DNA of 64,000 nucleotides from an uncultured Puniceicoccaceae bacterium (GTDB lineage Bacteria; Verrucomicrobiota; Verrucomicrobiia; Opitutales; Oceanipulchritudinaceae): NCBI GenBank assembly GCA_963933835.1, contig CAWVVV010000001.1, positions 96,001 to 160,000 of the forward strand, read 5' to 3'. Shown piece by piece: positions 9,622 to 20,400 of this stretch (position 1 is its first letter; each line of letters starts with the position of its first letter). The notes under the pieces were generated by a model. It saw only the letters and a program-made list of their open reading frames with translations, ran no database searches and was not told where the DNA came from. The position numbers and the translations under genes were made by a program.

Positions 9622-9815
9622 TCGTCGTGCGTAAAGGTCTAGGGTTTAACTACGGGGCCGAGCGAATCATTGAGCATCCGCATCATTGTGATCACTTCGC
9701 TTATGACAATGATCTTAACGATCCACCTGCAAACGCCTAGCCTGAGAGCGAAAAAGAACCTGAGCTCTTTTTCCGCTGGCGAAGAGCCCGCCTCCGTCGC
9801 AATGATACCCCTACG

Positions 9816-11255
9816 ATGAATGAGGACGCCCTTAAAGCACTCCAAGCCGCTATCCCTGCTGAGCATATCCGCACGGATGATGCTGAGCGCTACCGTGCCT
9901 CAATGGATAACATGCGCTTTAGTCGTTTGCCCTCGGCGGTGATTCATCCGGCTGAAGAAGATGAGCTCGCCGCAGTCTTAAAAATCGCAAACCAGTATCT
10001 GATTCCGATCACAGCCCGCGGTGCAGGAAGCGCCACAACCGGAGCGACAACACCCGAAGTGGATGGCTGGGTCATTGACCTTTCTAGCTGGAAGAACCTC
10101 CACATCGACGCGGGAGCGATGATGGCCTTTGTGCAACCGGGCGTCACGATCCAAGCAATCGATGATGCAGCGCGTGAGCACGGGTTGTTCTTTCCACCCG
10201 ATCCCGGATCAAAGAAGTTTGCGACGATCGGCGGTGCGCTGGCCTGTAATGCGGGCGGTCTGCGCGGGGCAAAATATGGAGTGACGCGTGATTACGTCTT
10301 CGGACTCGAAGGCTTAATGGCGAATGGGGAATTCGTCAAGTGGGGTGCCAACCTGCGCAAATACGTCAGCGGCTACAACATCAGGGATCTCTGGATTGGC
10401 TCCGAAGGAACGCTCGGGATCATCACTGGAGCCGTCCTTAAGCTTCTCCCGACACCGGCTAGCCGAGTCACTCTTCTCGCCGCATTCAGTGACGAACGTT
10501 CCGCGCTGGAGACAGTCAGAAAAATCCTCGAGGCCCGCCTCACGCCAGCGATTCTAGAGTTTCTCGATAGTGAGACGGTCGAGTGCTTCCGACGCTCAGA
10601 GCGCGTCGACGAGCTACCGGACTGGATGCGTGCATTCCTCGATGGCCCCGTCCTCCTCATCGAATTCGATGGGCATCAGGCTGAAGTTGACGAGAGCTTT
10701 GCTACGCTGCGCGAGATACTTGGGGCGCAGAAGATACATTTCAAATCAACGACAGATGAGGACGAAGCCGAAGTTCTCTGGACGATTCGACGCGGGAGCT
10801 CAAAGGCGATGTTTCAGCTCGGAAACACGAAGCTGAACGAGGACATCGTTGTTCCTCTCGAAGCTCAGATTCCACTGCTTGGTGTCATTGAAAAGCTACG
10901 ACAAAGCACCGGGCTCCCCTGCCCAACCTTCGGACATGCCGCGGACGGCAACTTTCACGTCCACATCATGTATAACCGCGAGGACCAAGCATCGTGCGAG
11001 AAAGCGAAGAAAGGCATCAACGAATTGATGCAAGCGGTCGTCGAGCTCGGAGGTGTTATCACGGGTGAACACGGAGTCGGACTTGCCAAATCGCCTTTCC
11101 TTAGGCTCCAACACAGCGCCTTTGAGGTCGATCTGATGCAGCGGTTAAAACTGCTCTTCGATCCGAATAACATCCTCAATCCCGGAAAAATGTTTGAGCC
11201 CTTCGAAGTCTGGGAGCATCCCCGCGAAGAGGTGAAGATGCCTTGGGACCATTAG
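9816..11255 (+). CDS. FAD-linked oxidase, GlcD/D-lactate dehydrogenase family
   Basis: FPPDPGS, TIGG...NAGG, GSEGTLG, GHAADGNFH, TGEHGVG, DPNNILNPGK. Confidence 0.9.
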   Translation: MNEDALKALQAAIPAEHIRTDDAERYRASMDNMRFSRLPSAVIHPAEEDELAAVLKIANQYLIPITARGAGSATTGATTPEVDGWVIDLSSWKNLHIDAGAMMAFVQPGVTIQAIDDAAREHGLFFPPDPGSKKFATIGGALACNAGGLRGAKYGVTRDYVFGLEGLMANGEFVKWGANLRKYVSGYNIRDLWIGSEGTLGIITGAVLKLLPTPASRVTLLAAFSDERSALETVRKILEARLTPAILEFLDSETVECFRRSERVDELPDWMRAFLDGPVLLIEFDGHQAEVDESFATLREILGAQKIHFKSTTDEDEAEVLWTIRRGSSKAMFQLGNTKLNEDIVVPLEAQIPLLGVIEKLRQSTGLPCPTFGHAADGNFHVHIMYNREDQASCEKAKKGINELMQAVVELGGVITGEHGVGLAKSPFLRLQHSAFEVDLMQRLKLLFDPNNILNPGKMFEPFEVWEHPREEVKMPWDH

Positions 11256-11332
11256 GGATCGATCTATTTAGAGATCCGGCAAATTCCGCTTTCGAGTTGC
11301 GCGATCAAAACCACCTGCCAACCTGACGCGCG

Positions 11333-12841
11333 ATGAACGTGTTTCCCTCCCTCGAACAGTTCAAGTCCTACAGCAAACAAGGCAATCTGGTCCCCGTTTA
11401 CACGGACCTGATGGCTGACTTTGAAACACCCGTTTCGGTCTATGCGAAGTTACGCGCACTCGGTCCGGCCTATTTGCTAGAATCGATTGAGGACGGAACA
11501 ACGCTCAACCGCTACTCGTTCATCGGCTGCCAGCCTGAGACCCTCATCGAAGCAAAACTCGGTGGAGAGACGACGATCACGCGCACACACGGCAAGGACG
11601 AAAGCTACCCTACCCCGTCGGACCCGCTCACCATCGTTGAAAAAGAGATGGCGCATTACTCCCCGGTCGAACTGCCCGATATGCCGCGCTTTGTTGGTGG
11701 AGCGGTCGGTTACCTCGCTTACGAATACGCCCATTGCATCGAGCCCACTGTGCCTCTCGCTGAGAAGGATGTGCTAGGGATGCCGATCATCCATTTTATG
11801 ATCACGCCTACGCTCGTGATCTTCGACCGGGCACGCCAAACGATAAGGCTGCTCGCAAACGCCTTTCTAGAACCCGGCGAAAATCCGGAAGACGTCTATA
11901 ACGCGACGCTAGAGAAGCTAAGCGCGCTCGCCTCCGACCTCGAACAGGGTCGCGCAGTTTCAACCATCCCGGTTCCACGCGCCCCGTTGAATGAGGTGCC
12001 ATCGGGCAACTTCGAACCCGCCGCTTTCGAGGCGATGGTTGAAACATGCCAAGAGTATATTAGATCCGGAGACATTATTCAGGTCGTGGGCTCGCAGCGA
12101 TTTGAGAAGCCTTTCACACGTACTCCGCTTGAACTTTATCGCGCACTGCGGGTCGTGAACCCGTCGCCCTACATGGTGCTCTACGATCCAGGCGACTTCA
12201 GCTTGATCGGTGCTTCACCCGAGGTTCATGTCCGTCTGACCGATGGCAAAGCCGAGATGCGACCAATCGCTGGAACACGTCCTCGCGGAAAAACGAGTAA
12301 AGAGGACGTCGCCTACGAAAAGGAACTCCTCGCTGACGAAAAAGAGCGCGCGGAGCACCTCATGCTCGTCGATCTCGCACGCAATGACCTTGGACGCGTC
12401 TGCAAGTTCGGGAGCGTAATCGTGCCTGATTTCATGACGATCGAGCGCTATTCGCACGTCATGCATATCGTTTCCCAAGTTGAAGGCGAAATCGACGGCA
12501 ACTGCTCCGCCTACGATCTCATGCGAGCTACTTTCCCAGCTGGCACGGTCAGCGGAGCGCCCAAAGTACGGGCCATGCAAATCATCGCGGAGCAGGAAAA
12601 AGAGCAGCGCGGTCCCTACGCGGGAGCCGTCTGCTACGTCTCTTTTGATGGCAATCTCGACAGCTGTATCGCGATTCGAACTGCTCTGCTCAAGAACGAG
12701 ACACTCTACGTGCAAAGTGGTGCTGGTTTCGTCAACGACTCCTCACCGCGCGGGGAATACGACGAGACAATCAATAAAGCCACTGGCATGCTCAAGGCGG
12801 TGGCGCTCGCGGAAGCGATGCAACGCGAAGACAGAAGCTAG
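11333..12841 (+). CDS. trpE: Anthranilate synthase component I
   Basis: LLES, NPSPYM, GASPE, PIAGTRPRG, AEHLMLVDLARND, FPAGTVSGAPKVRAM. Confidence 0.95.
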   Translation: MNVFPSLEQFKSYSKQGNLVPVYTDLMADFETPVSVYAKLRALGPAYLLESIEDGTTLNRYSFIGCQPETLIEAKLGGETTITRTHGKDESYPTPSDPLTIVEKEMAHYSPVELPDMPRFVGGAVGYLAYEYAHCIEPTVPLAEKDVLGMPIIHFMITPTLVIFDRARQTIRLLANAFLEPGENPEDVYNATLEKLSALASDLEQGRAVSTIPVPRAPLNEVPSGNFEPAAFEAMVETCQEYIRSGDIIQVVGSQRFEKPFTRTPLELYRALRVVNPSPYMVLYDPGDFSLIGASPEVHVRLTDGKAEMRPIAGTRPRGKTSKEDVAYEKELLADEKERAEHLMLVDLARNDLGRVCKFGSVIVPDFMTIERYSHVMHIVSQVEGEIDGNCSAYDLMRATFPAGTVSGAPKVRAMQIIAEQEKEQRGPYAGAVCYVSFDGNLDSCIAIRTALLKNETLYVQSGAGFVNDSSPRGEYDETINKATGMLKAVALAEAMQREDRS

Positions 12842-12995
12842 GAAGGGTTTCAATTTCGCTGGGTTTGACCTGCGTTACACTGCTCTCGGCACGTAAGGCT
12901 CCACCCCTAGCTAGCGTTTATCTGCTAGAAACTATACGGCATTCGGTCGTCTAAAGGGAATATTCAGTGCACCTCGCGCGTCTAGTTAGGAACTC

Positions 12996-14003
12996 ATGAC
13001 TATAGATACCGCACCTAGCTTTTCCGTCAGACGCGCATCTTCGACACACTACGACCGCACCTCCAACACCGCAGTTCGCAGCAGTTCGGATCGCAGCAAT
13101 ATCAGTTTATACCTCCAAGAAATTGGAAAAACGCCCCTTCTCAAACCCAGTGAAGAAGTCGAGCTCGCTGGTCAGATACAAAAAGGGTCGATTGAAGCGC
13201 GCGACCACATGATCAAAGCAAACCTCCGCCTCGTCGTGAAGATTGCGAATAATTATTCGAATTTTGGTCTCCCCCTTCTCGACCTTATCAGCGAAGGCAA
13301 CATCGGCCTCATTAAAGCGGTAGAACGCTTTGACCCGAACAAGGGTGGCAAACTATCAACCTACGCCGCATGGTGGATTAAACAGTCAATCAAGCGCGCG
13401 CTGGCGAATCAAAGTAAGACGATCCGTCTCCCAGTCCACTTAGTGGATAAAATAGCGAAAATCCGCCGTACTTCGCAGGAAGTGGAAGAAGAGCTCGGGC
13501 GTGCCCCAACGGACGATGAACTCTCAATCGTCACCGGCCTTCCCGTAAGCAGAATCGCACACTTGAAATCTGTGAGCACACGTCCTGCGAGTCTCGACGC
13601 TCCTGTCGGCGAAGATGGCAGTACGTCTTTCGGCGACCTCGTTGGAGATGAAAACAGCATCGATCCACTCGACAATCTTCAGATCAAAACCGTTTTCGAA
13701 GACCTCCGGTCTTTAGTTGACCAACTCGACCCGCGCGAAGCGGAAATCATCAGCCAACGCTTTGGCCTGAATGGAGACTCCCCGAAGACGCTTGAAGAAA
13801 TCGGCGAGCAGTTTGGCATCACCCGCGAGCGCGTTCGCCAACTTCAAAACTTAGCCCTGAGGCAGATGCGTAAAATCATCACACACCGAGAACGTCAGCT
13901 CACGATTGAAGAAGTCTACGATGAGCGTCGCGCGCAAGGACGACGTGACGTCCTTGAAGAATTCTACAAAAAAACCGTCGTTGATAAATCAACGACGGTT
14001 TAA
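12996..14003 (+). CDS. RNA polymerase sigma-70 factor, RpoD/RpoS-like (no region 1.1)
   Basis: [42 protein letters not shown]...TRERVRQ. Confidence 0.93.
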   Translation: MTIDTAPSFSVRRASSTHYDRTSNTAVRSSSDRSNISLYLQEIGKTPLLKPSEEVELAGQIQKGSIEARDHMIKANLRLVVKIANNYSNFGLPLLDLISEGNIGLIKAVERFDPNKGGKLSTYAAWWIKQSIKRALANQSKTIRLPVHLVDKIAKIRRTSQEVEEELGRAPTDDELSIVTGLPVSRIAHLKSVSTRPASLDAPVGEDGSTSFGDLVGDENSIDPLDNLQIKTVFEDLRSLVDQLDPREAEIISQRFGLNGDSPKTLEEIGEQFGITRERVRQLQNLALRQMRKIITHRERQLTIEEVYDERRAQGRRDVLEEFYKKTVVDKSTTV

Positions 14004-14052
14004 ACACCTAACTAATATACTTTATCACAAAGGCTGCTCTTACCAGAGCTGC

Positions 14053-15565
14053 CTATTTTGTCATATAAAGCCAAGTGCCACCAACTGCACTTGCACTGAT
14101 TAGACTCGAGTCTGCGACAAAGAAGAACCGATCTAACTTTAAAGAGTAAAACCATGGCTCAAAGTTCACATTGATGAAGCCGAGATGGGCGCCCGTATCG
14201 ACCCAACCATTGTTATCCACTACATAGCCTTCCCACTCACCTTCAACCGGAAGGCTTGGACCGGTAACGAGGATGTTGTCGATTGCGACAGAGACATCTG
14301 CTTCTTCAACAGCCCCTGTAATCATCTCGAAACGAAGTGTGATGAAGCTCGAGCTCGCGGGAACATCGTCGACGTTAAAGGTCAACTCGGTGAATGACAG
14401 ATCATTGATATCCACTTCATTGTTAAAATTGATGAAGAACTGCGGATTGTTCTCCGGCACGGCGCGGAAGGCCTGATGCTTGCGGAGCATAAAGGGTGGC
14501 TCTGAAAGCGAGGCGGCGGAGACCCAAGCGGGCTGCGTCGAGTAGTCTGAATTCGCGATATTGAAGGGCAGTGGAACCGCTTGATCCTGCACTGACCACG
14601 TCCGAATCGTATCCGTATCCCCTAGTGGCGGAGAACGCATCATATCGGAACCAGCCGGAATCAGGTAAATGTAAGGCGTCGCACTCAACCCATCTGGCGA
14701 AGTGAAGGTCAGGTTTGGATCACTCGGTGATTGAGCACCGATACCTGCGAGGGTGCCACCGATAGAGGTTGGATCATCCATTCCGATGTAGCCCTTGAAG
14801 GCCACCCCGGAGGAGCGGATCTTCGTCGCAAAGGAGGTCGGACTGAAACTGTGATCACCTGCGGCGAGTGGCTTACCGAAGAAATTATAACCGGGGCGAA
14901 TTTCGGTAGAGAACTCAATCACTATACCTGGAACCGCGAACGCTTCTTCATCGCCCGACTGCATTACGTAACGACGCACATCCGGATCATTGAGGATGTT
15001 GTCTGACAAGCCAGCGCTGAGGATATCGCGCCAAGCGCCGTCAGCTTCAGCACCTGGGATCAGGCGGTAGTTCTCTTCTCGTAGTGAGAAGGCAGTACGG
15101 TAGTTGTCCGGATTGTTAAAGCCAAGTCGGCTCTTCACCACTGACCAGTCTCCAGCGAGCTCAGCCAAGACGCCCGATAAGCCGGGATCACCGGTAGACG
15201 AACCTGCAAACTGCGGCACACCATCGGTCACGACGCCAAGGGCACGAGCCTGAACAATCTTTTCGTAGAGATCGCTCGAAGAAGCGTTTCCATCGATATC
15301 GAGCAGCCCGGTCTCGTAGTCATAGGCACGAGCAGCCAAATAGGCGTAACACGCTGAGAGATCGAAGAGTGCGTTATAGCGCTCGAGAGCTTCATCACGG
15401 AAAGCACGGAAGGGAAATCACGCGTCCTGTAGCCTTGGATGATAGCAGCGGAATACTGCCTGAAGACTAGACGCTGTTTCTGGATCGTATTGCCCTTAGC
15501 CTTGAGCGTTTCGACATCGCGCTTCGCTTGATCCCATCTGCGGATCGCTACATCGACGGCGGGGA
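14053..15565 (-). pseudogene. C-terminal remnant of a large secreted protein, fused to a Trp-rich tail
   Basis: Frame from about 15562 (PAVDVAIRRWDQAKRD...IIQGYRTRDF) shifts at about 15413 into FRAFRDEALERYNALFDLSACYAYLAARAYDYETGLL. Composition changes abruptly at about 14440. No start codon or signal peptide. Confidence 0.7.
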
Positions 15566-16120
15566 TTCACGGTCAAATTGCCTCCGTCGTAATAGAAAAC
15601 AGGCGGCGCCTGATTCAGAATATCGCTGAAATTGAGGAAATTTGTGAAAGTGGGAGGCGAAGATGCCACGATAGGGAAACCAACAAAGTTAACTCCCGAG
15701 CGCTTCCAGTTATAGCGCGGCGGGCGGGTTTACCCTTCAGTTGCAACGTTGTCGTCGCGTTCGTACGGACAATGTAGGCCGCATTTGGAGTCAGTAGGGA
15801 CAAAGTCGTCTCTGTCGGGACACCGCGTTTCCAAACCTTCCATTGGCTATCGGCTTGTAGGGGTGCGGCGGGCGAAGCCGTAAACGATGTTGAGGAAGCA
15901 CCCGCGTTCCACTGCCAGACCTCCGAAATCGCTGTATTGCCGGCTAAGAGTGTATCGATCGATCCGTGGTATCAATCGTAAGCCAAATCGCATTGTAGCC
16001 ACCTTTGAGTGGATAGCTCTCGGACACCCACTGCGCGACGGCAGCATTACCTAAGCACAAGCAGCCTACAAACAGGATTATGCGCTGGAACGAGGCAGCC
16101 AGTGAGGTCGGAACGAAAAC
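15565..16120 (-). pseudogene. Frameshifted N-terminal remnant of a secreted protein
   Basis: Signal-like IILFVGCLCLGNAAVA/QWVSESYPLKGGYNAIW; continues via shifts at about 15958 and 15722 (ISEVWQWN...WKVWKRG...PRYNWKRSGVNFVGFP...FYYDGGNLTVNP), then stops. Confidence 0.65.
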
Positions 16121-16384
16121 CCGACCCGAGCGCGTAAACGCACGGGAAAATCGTGTAAGGAGAAACCGAAATAGCATTAATAGAGAGGTAAGAGAGACAG
16201 GCGCTCCTAGCAGAACGCCTAATGTGGTTATCTAACTGAACTCGATTTCTGTCTACCTCAAAAAATGAATATTCGAACATAAGTGACTCACATTCAATGC
16301 TTATAGGATCTCTATAGGGCGTATTTAGGGCATCTCCATCGTTGATCTATCCCTGACCAGAGAACGGGTTCCAGCGCTCTAAGC

Positions 16385-16419
16385 AAAAAAAGCCCACTGA
16401 CCAATCGGCCAGTGGGCTT
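16385..16419 (-). terminator. Terminator after rpsA
   Basis: AAGCCCACTG/CAGTGGGCTT stem with a T7 tract on the minus strand. Confidence 0.85.
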
Positions 16420-16441
16420 GAAATAATAAGTGGGTGAAAAC

Positions 16442-18097
16442 CTACTTCGTCGCTTCGTCGAGGATGTCGCCGAGGCTGGTAAGTTCGTCACCACCGAGGG
16501 AGCTGAAGGCAGATGCTTCAGCAGCGAGCTGATTCTCATCGTAGCTAGCAGCCTTGATCGAGAGACTAATGCGGCGTTCTTCGCGATCAATCTTGATCAC
16601 GCGGGCTTCGATTTCATCACCGGTATCGATGACGTCCTTCACCTTTTCAACGCGTTCTTCGCTGATCTGGCTAACGTGGACGAGGCCGTCGATTCCGTCT
16701 GCGAGCTCGATGAATGCACCGTAGTTGGCGATCTTCGAAACCGTGCCCTTAACGAGATCACCCATCTTGAAGTGTGTATCGATTTCGTCCCAAGGGTCGG
16801 AAGCGAGTTGCTTCATACCGAGGCTGATGCGTTGTGAACCGGCATCGATGTCGAGGACTGTTGCCTCGACTTCATCGCCCTTCTTCACCATTTCGCTCGG
16901 GTGATTGATCTTCCGTGTCCAAGACATGTCGGAAACGTGGACCATGCCGTCGATTCCTTCTTCGAGTTCGATGAAGGCACCGTAGCTTGTAAGGTTGCGC
17001 ACCTTGCCGCGAACACGGGCACCGATTGGGTAGTTATGGCGAGCCATATCCCATGGGTTCGGATCGAGCTGACGGACGGAGAGGCTGATCTTCTGCTCGT
17101 CCTTGTTGACGCCGAGCACAACCGCTTCGACTTCTTCGCCAACCGTGAGCATTTCGCCCGGCTTGCTAACGCGCTTAATCCAAGAGAGCTCACTGACGTG
17201 AACAAGACCTTCGACACCCTCTTCGAGTTCGATGAAGGCACCGTAGTTAACGAGGTTAACAACCTTACCGCGAACCTTAGCGTTCACTGGGTAGCGGTTT
17301 TCGATACCTTCCCATGGATTTGAAGTTGTTTGCTTGAGGCCGAGGGAGACACGTTCGCGATCGCGATCCACTTCGATGATCATGACGCTGACTTCTTCAC
17401 CCACCTTGAGCATTTCACTAGGGTGGCTGATGCGGCCCCAAGACATGTCGGTGATGTGGAGGAGGCCGTCGAGACCGTCGAGATCGACGAAGGCACCATA
17501 GTCGGTGATGTTCTTGACCGCACCACGACGGATCGAGCCTGGCTTGATTTCGTCGAGAAGCGCGCGGCGCTTTTCTTGGCGTTGCTCTTCGATCAACTCG
17601 CGGCGGGAGATAACAATGTTCTTCCGATCGAGGTTAATCTTGAGCACCTTAAAGTCATAAGTCTGACCCACATACTGATCGAGATCCTTAGGTGGCTGAA
17701 TATCGATCTGGGAGGCAGGGAGGAAGGCATCAACACCGATGTTAACGATGAGGCCGCCCTTAACTTTCGAGCGAACCTTACCGGCAAGGATGGAGCCTTC
17801 TTCGGTATGAGAAACGATGTTTTCCCAGTTCTTCTTCTGCTGGGCTTTATCGTAGGAGATGATCGGGTTGCCGTCACGGTCTTCGAGGCGATCTAAGTAA
17901 ACTTCGATCTCTTCGCCGATCTGGAGTTCACTGATATCCATGAACTCGTTGGCTGGAACCATTCCTTCAGACTTCGCGCCGATGTCGAGAATGACGTCGT
18001 TATCGCGGATCTCGGTGATCGTTCCCTTGATGATACTTCCCTCGGTGAGGTACTCGAGCTGGCTCATTGCCAGCAATTCTTCCATTACGGATGACAT
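16442..18097 (-). CDS. rpsA: 30S ribosomal protein S1
   Basis: Six S1 repeats (GLLHITDMSWGRI, GMVHVSDMSW and others). Confidence 0.98.
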   Translation of the reverse strand: MSSVMEELLAMSQLEYLTEGSIIKGTITEIRDNDVILDIGAKSEGMVPANEFMDISELQIGEEIEVYLDRLEDRDGNPIISYDKAQQKKNWENIVSHTEEGSILAGKVRSKVKGGLIVNIGVDAFLPASQIDIQPPKDLDQYVGQTYDFKVLKINLDRKNIVISRRELIEEQRQEKRRALLDEIKPGSIRRGAVKNITDYGAFVDLDGLDGLLHITDMSWGRISHPSEMLKVGEEVSVMIIEVDRDRERVSLGLKQTTSNPWEGIENRYPVNAKVRGKVVNLVNYGAFIELEEGVEGLVHVSELSWIKRVSKPGEMLTVGEEVEAVVLGVNKDEQKISLSVRQLDPNPWDMARHNYPIGARVRGKVRNLTSYGAFIELEEGIDGMVHVSDMSWTRKINHPSEMVKKGDEVEATVLDIDAGSQRISLGMKQLASDPWDEIDTHFKMGDLVKGTVSKIANYGAFIELADGIDGLVHVSQISEERVEKVKDVIDTGDEIEARVIKIDREERRISLSIKAASYDENQLAAEASAFSSLGGDELTSLGDILDEATK

Positions 18098-18338
18098 GAT
18101 GTTTTGGTATGACTCCTATAAAACCGTCTCCAGGCCCATGAGTGGAGTGTTCAAACGCGGGCTACAAGAACGGGGTTAAAGGTTGGGTTGTTTAGGTTTA
18201 GAATAAGTCCTCTCCACGGATTTGAAGAAAACAGCCGTCCAAACTCGAAAACAGCACCCCTCTGCGCAAGCTTAAACGAGCTCAAAACAGGCTCTTGGGC
18301 GTAATAACGAAAGCTAACGGAATTTTCGGATCTTGGGC

Positions 18339-18415
18339 TGGAGGGACGGGCGCCCGTCAGCCCGCCGTTGGGAAGAGCCAAACCGTCCGCGGACTGGCAG
18401 GAGACCGTCCCTCCA
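18339..18415. repeat. GGAG-type REPIN-like hairpin, copy 1
   Basis: TGGAGGGACGG...CCGTCCCTCCA terminal inverted repeat, 77 bp. Confidence 0.8.
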
Positions 18416-18461
18416 ATCAAAACCCTCGTGAACCCTCAGGGCTCACCCCTACCCATCGTGA

Positions 18462-19205
18462 TCAACTATTCTGCACGACCCAAAACCTGCACTCATCCGC
18501 AAACTCACGCACAGCCTCGCTCTCGTTTGCGATGTCTTGGCGCAGGGCAGTAAAGACCTCCGTCCATCCAGTGGCGGCGAGATCTTCTTTCACTTCTTCA
18601 AATGACGGGACGTGGATAAACAGGTCTCCTTCGTCACATTCGATGATACGGTCACCAAATTCGGCCAGCCGTGCATCCTGCTCACCGGCCTCCCATCGGA
18701 CGGCCTCCGCTTCCCAATAGTCGCGAAAGCTACTCGTCGAGCGGTCGTGTGCGGTGAAGATCAAGTGGCCGCCTTTGGCTACGACGCGCTTAATCTCACC
18801 TAGCGCGGCTCGCCGCGGCTCGCGACCGGGGATCTGCATGAGCCCGTTGAAGCCAAAGATCGCCCCCTCGTAGAGAGCGTCCTCAAACGGCAAGGCGCAG
18901 GCATCTGCGACCTGAAAGCTCACCCCGTAGTCCAACTGGAGAGCGGCCCGGCGGGCTTCTTTCACCATCGGGCGCGATAAATCGATCCCGATGACGTGAG
19001 CGAAGCCGATCTCATGCATCCCGAGTGCTATTCGCCCGGTTCCGCAACCCACTTCGAGGAGCGTATCCGTGTTCTGGAAGTAGCGCTTAAGGAGGAATTC
19101 TTCTGACTCCCAAAGGCCAATCGCCGCCGTCGCGCGCAGGTAGTGATCGATCACTGCTGGGCGACTAAAGTAATCCTTACCGATGTCCTCTGGGCGCGAA
19201 TCCAT
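18462..19205 (-). CDS. Class I SAM-dependent methyltransferase
   Basis: LLEVGCGTGR, GIDLS, VADA. True start MDSRPED at 19205; the ORF-track extension is antisense to rplU. Confidence 0.85.
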   Translation of the reverse strand: MDSRPEDIGKDYFSRPAVIDHYLRATAAIGLWESEEFLLKRYFQNTDTLLEVGCGTGRIALGMHEIGFAHVIGIDLSRPMVKEARRAALQLDYGVSFQVADACALPFEDALYEGAIFGFNGLMQIPGREPRRAALGEIKRVVAKGGHLIFTAHDRSTSSFRDYWEAEAVRWEAGEQDARLAEFGDRIIECDEGDLFIHVPSFEEVKEDLAATGWTEVFTALRQDIANESEAVREFADECRFWVVQNS

Positions 19206-19328
19206 ATCAAAGCAGGCCACAAGCCGCGCATTCGACCAAGCCAAAACCCAAAAGAAAGGGTGAAATTTCCTCCTTAAATGTCTTGCGCAGGCATCCGAAA
19301 GAGCCTTCTTTATCCGTTTTTTCTCGAA

Positions 19329-19643
19329 ATGAAAGCCACAATACAAACCCAAGGCCGCCAGTTTACGGTCACAGAGGGAGACGTCCTTTTCGTTAACCGT
19401 TACCAAGACACAAACACCGGCGACTCGGTCAGCATCGACGACGTTCGTGCCATCGGTGAAGGTTCTGACATGCGTTTCGGAACACCGACTATCGAAGGTG
19501 CCTCCGTTACAGCCAAGATCCTTGAAAACAAGCGCGGTAAGAAAATCATCGTTTTCAAGAAGAAGCGCCGTAAGGGTTACCGCAACAAACGCGGCCACCG
19601 CCAAGAGCTCTCCGTTATCAAGATCGAAGCGATCAACGGTTAA
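19329..19643 (+). CDS. rplU: 50S ribosomal protein L21
   Basis: [12 protein letters not shown]...[17 protein letters not shown]. Confidence 0.97.
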   Translation: MKATIQTQGRQFTVTEGDVLFVNRYQDTNTGDSVSIDDVRAIGEGSDMRFGTPTIEGASVTAKILENKRGKKIIVFKKKRRKGYRNKRGHRQELSVIKIEAING

Positions 19644-19683
19644 TCACCACTTTCCAAACATAATCACTTTTTAGGATACAGAC

Positions 19684-19938
19684 ATGGCACATAAAAAAGG
19701 ACAGGGAACCAGTCGTAACGGTCGCGATAGCAATCCAAAGATGCTCGGCATCAAACGCTACGACGGTCAAGCCGTCCTCGGCGGAACGATCCTCATTCGC
19801 CAACGTGGCACCCGCTTCCATGCTGGACTAAACGTCGGCATGGGTCGCGATCATACGCTCTACTCCACCGTCGATGGCCACGTCAAATGGGACAAGCTCC
19901 ACCGCAAGGTAGCCGTCATCGCCGGCGACGTCGTCTAA
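19684..19938 (+). CDS. rpmA: 50S ribosomal protein L27
   Basis: [16 protein letters not shown]...RQRGT. Confidence 0.98.
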   Translation: MAHKKGQGTSRNGRDSNPKMLGIKRYDGQAVLGGTILIRQRGTRFHAGLNVGMGRDHTLYSTVDGHVKWDKLHRKVAVIAGDVV

Positions 19939-19973
19939 GACCTTAGGATCCTCATAATTTTCATTATGAATTG

Positions 19974-20001
19974 CCCCCAGCTTAACCGCTGGGGGGTTTT
20001 T
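19974..20001 (+). terminator. Terminator after rpmA
   Basis: CCCCCAGC/GCTGGGGG stem plus T-tract. Confidence 0.8.
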
Positions 20002-20135
20002 ATGCCCAAGTGGCAAGCAGTGGCGGAGTTTTTCAATCGCGGGCAGACAACCGATTCGGGAATGAAAGAGCTCCTCACTTCATAGACTGCCTCTACTAAG
20101 ACCAGGTGTCTTTTAAAACGCTGATTAGTTGCCAA

Positions 20136-20245
20136 GGAAGGACCCCTGCCGGTCCGCGACTCCACTGGAGGGATCCCTCCTGCCGGTCCGCGACGCGGTT
20201 AAGTTGTTTTGGAGCCCAGCGGACCGGCGGGAGCCGGTCCCTCCA
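20136..20245. repeat. GGAG-type REPIN-like hairpin, copy 2, preceded by a partial arm
   Basis: 20166-20245 TGGAGGGATCCCTCCTGCCGGTCCGC...GCGGACCGGCGGGAGCCGGTCCCTCCA; partial duplicate CCTGCCGGTCCGCGAC just upstream. Confidence 0.8.
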
Positions 20246-20320
20246 TTCTTAATCCCAACCCGCTTAAATATGACTACCAGCCACGAGCGCCCTCTGTGAG
20301 CATCTGTGATGGGTACAAAG

Positions 20321-20353
20321 AAAAGCCGATGAGAACGCAGTCTCGCCGGCTTT
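20321..20353 (-). terminator. Probable terminator after the bS22-like gene
   Basis: AAAGCCG..GAGA/TCTC..CGGCTTT imperfect hairpin. Confidence 0.55.
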
Positions 20354-20400
20354 GCTTAAGAGATAGGGTCTAGGGTGTCCGCGCGCTAACGCGTGCTAGC

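Noticed and set aside
9682..9714. ATCATTGT-N16-ACAATGAT inverted repeat between divergent genes
   Set aside because: A single 8-bp IR is compatible with chance, and there is no second instance.
19206..19604. Apparent N-terminal extension of the methyltransferase overlapping rplU
   Set aside because: It is the antisense read of rplU; the plausible start is ATG at 19205.
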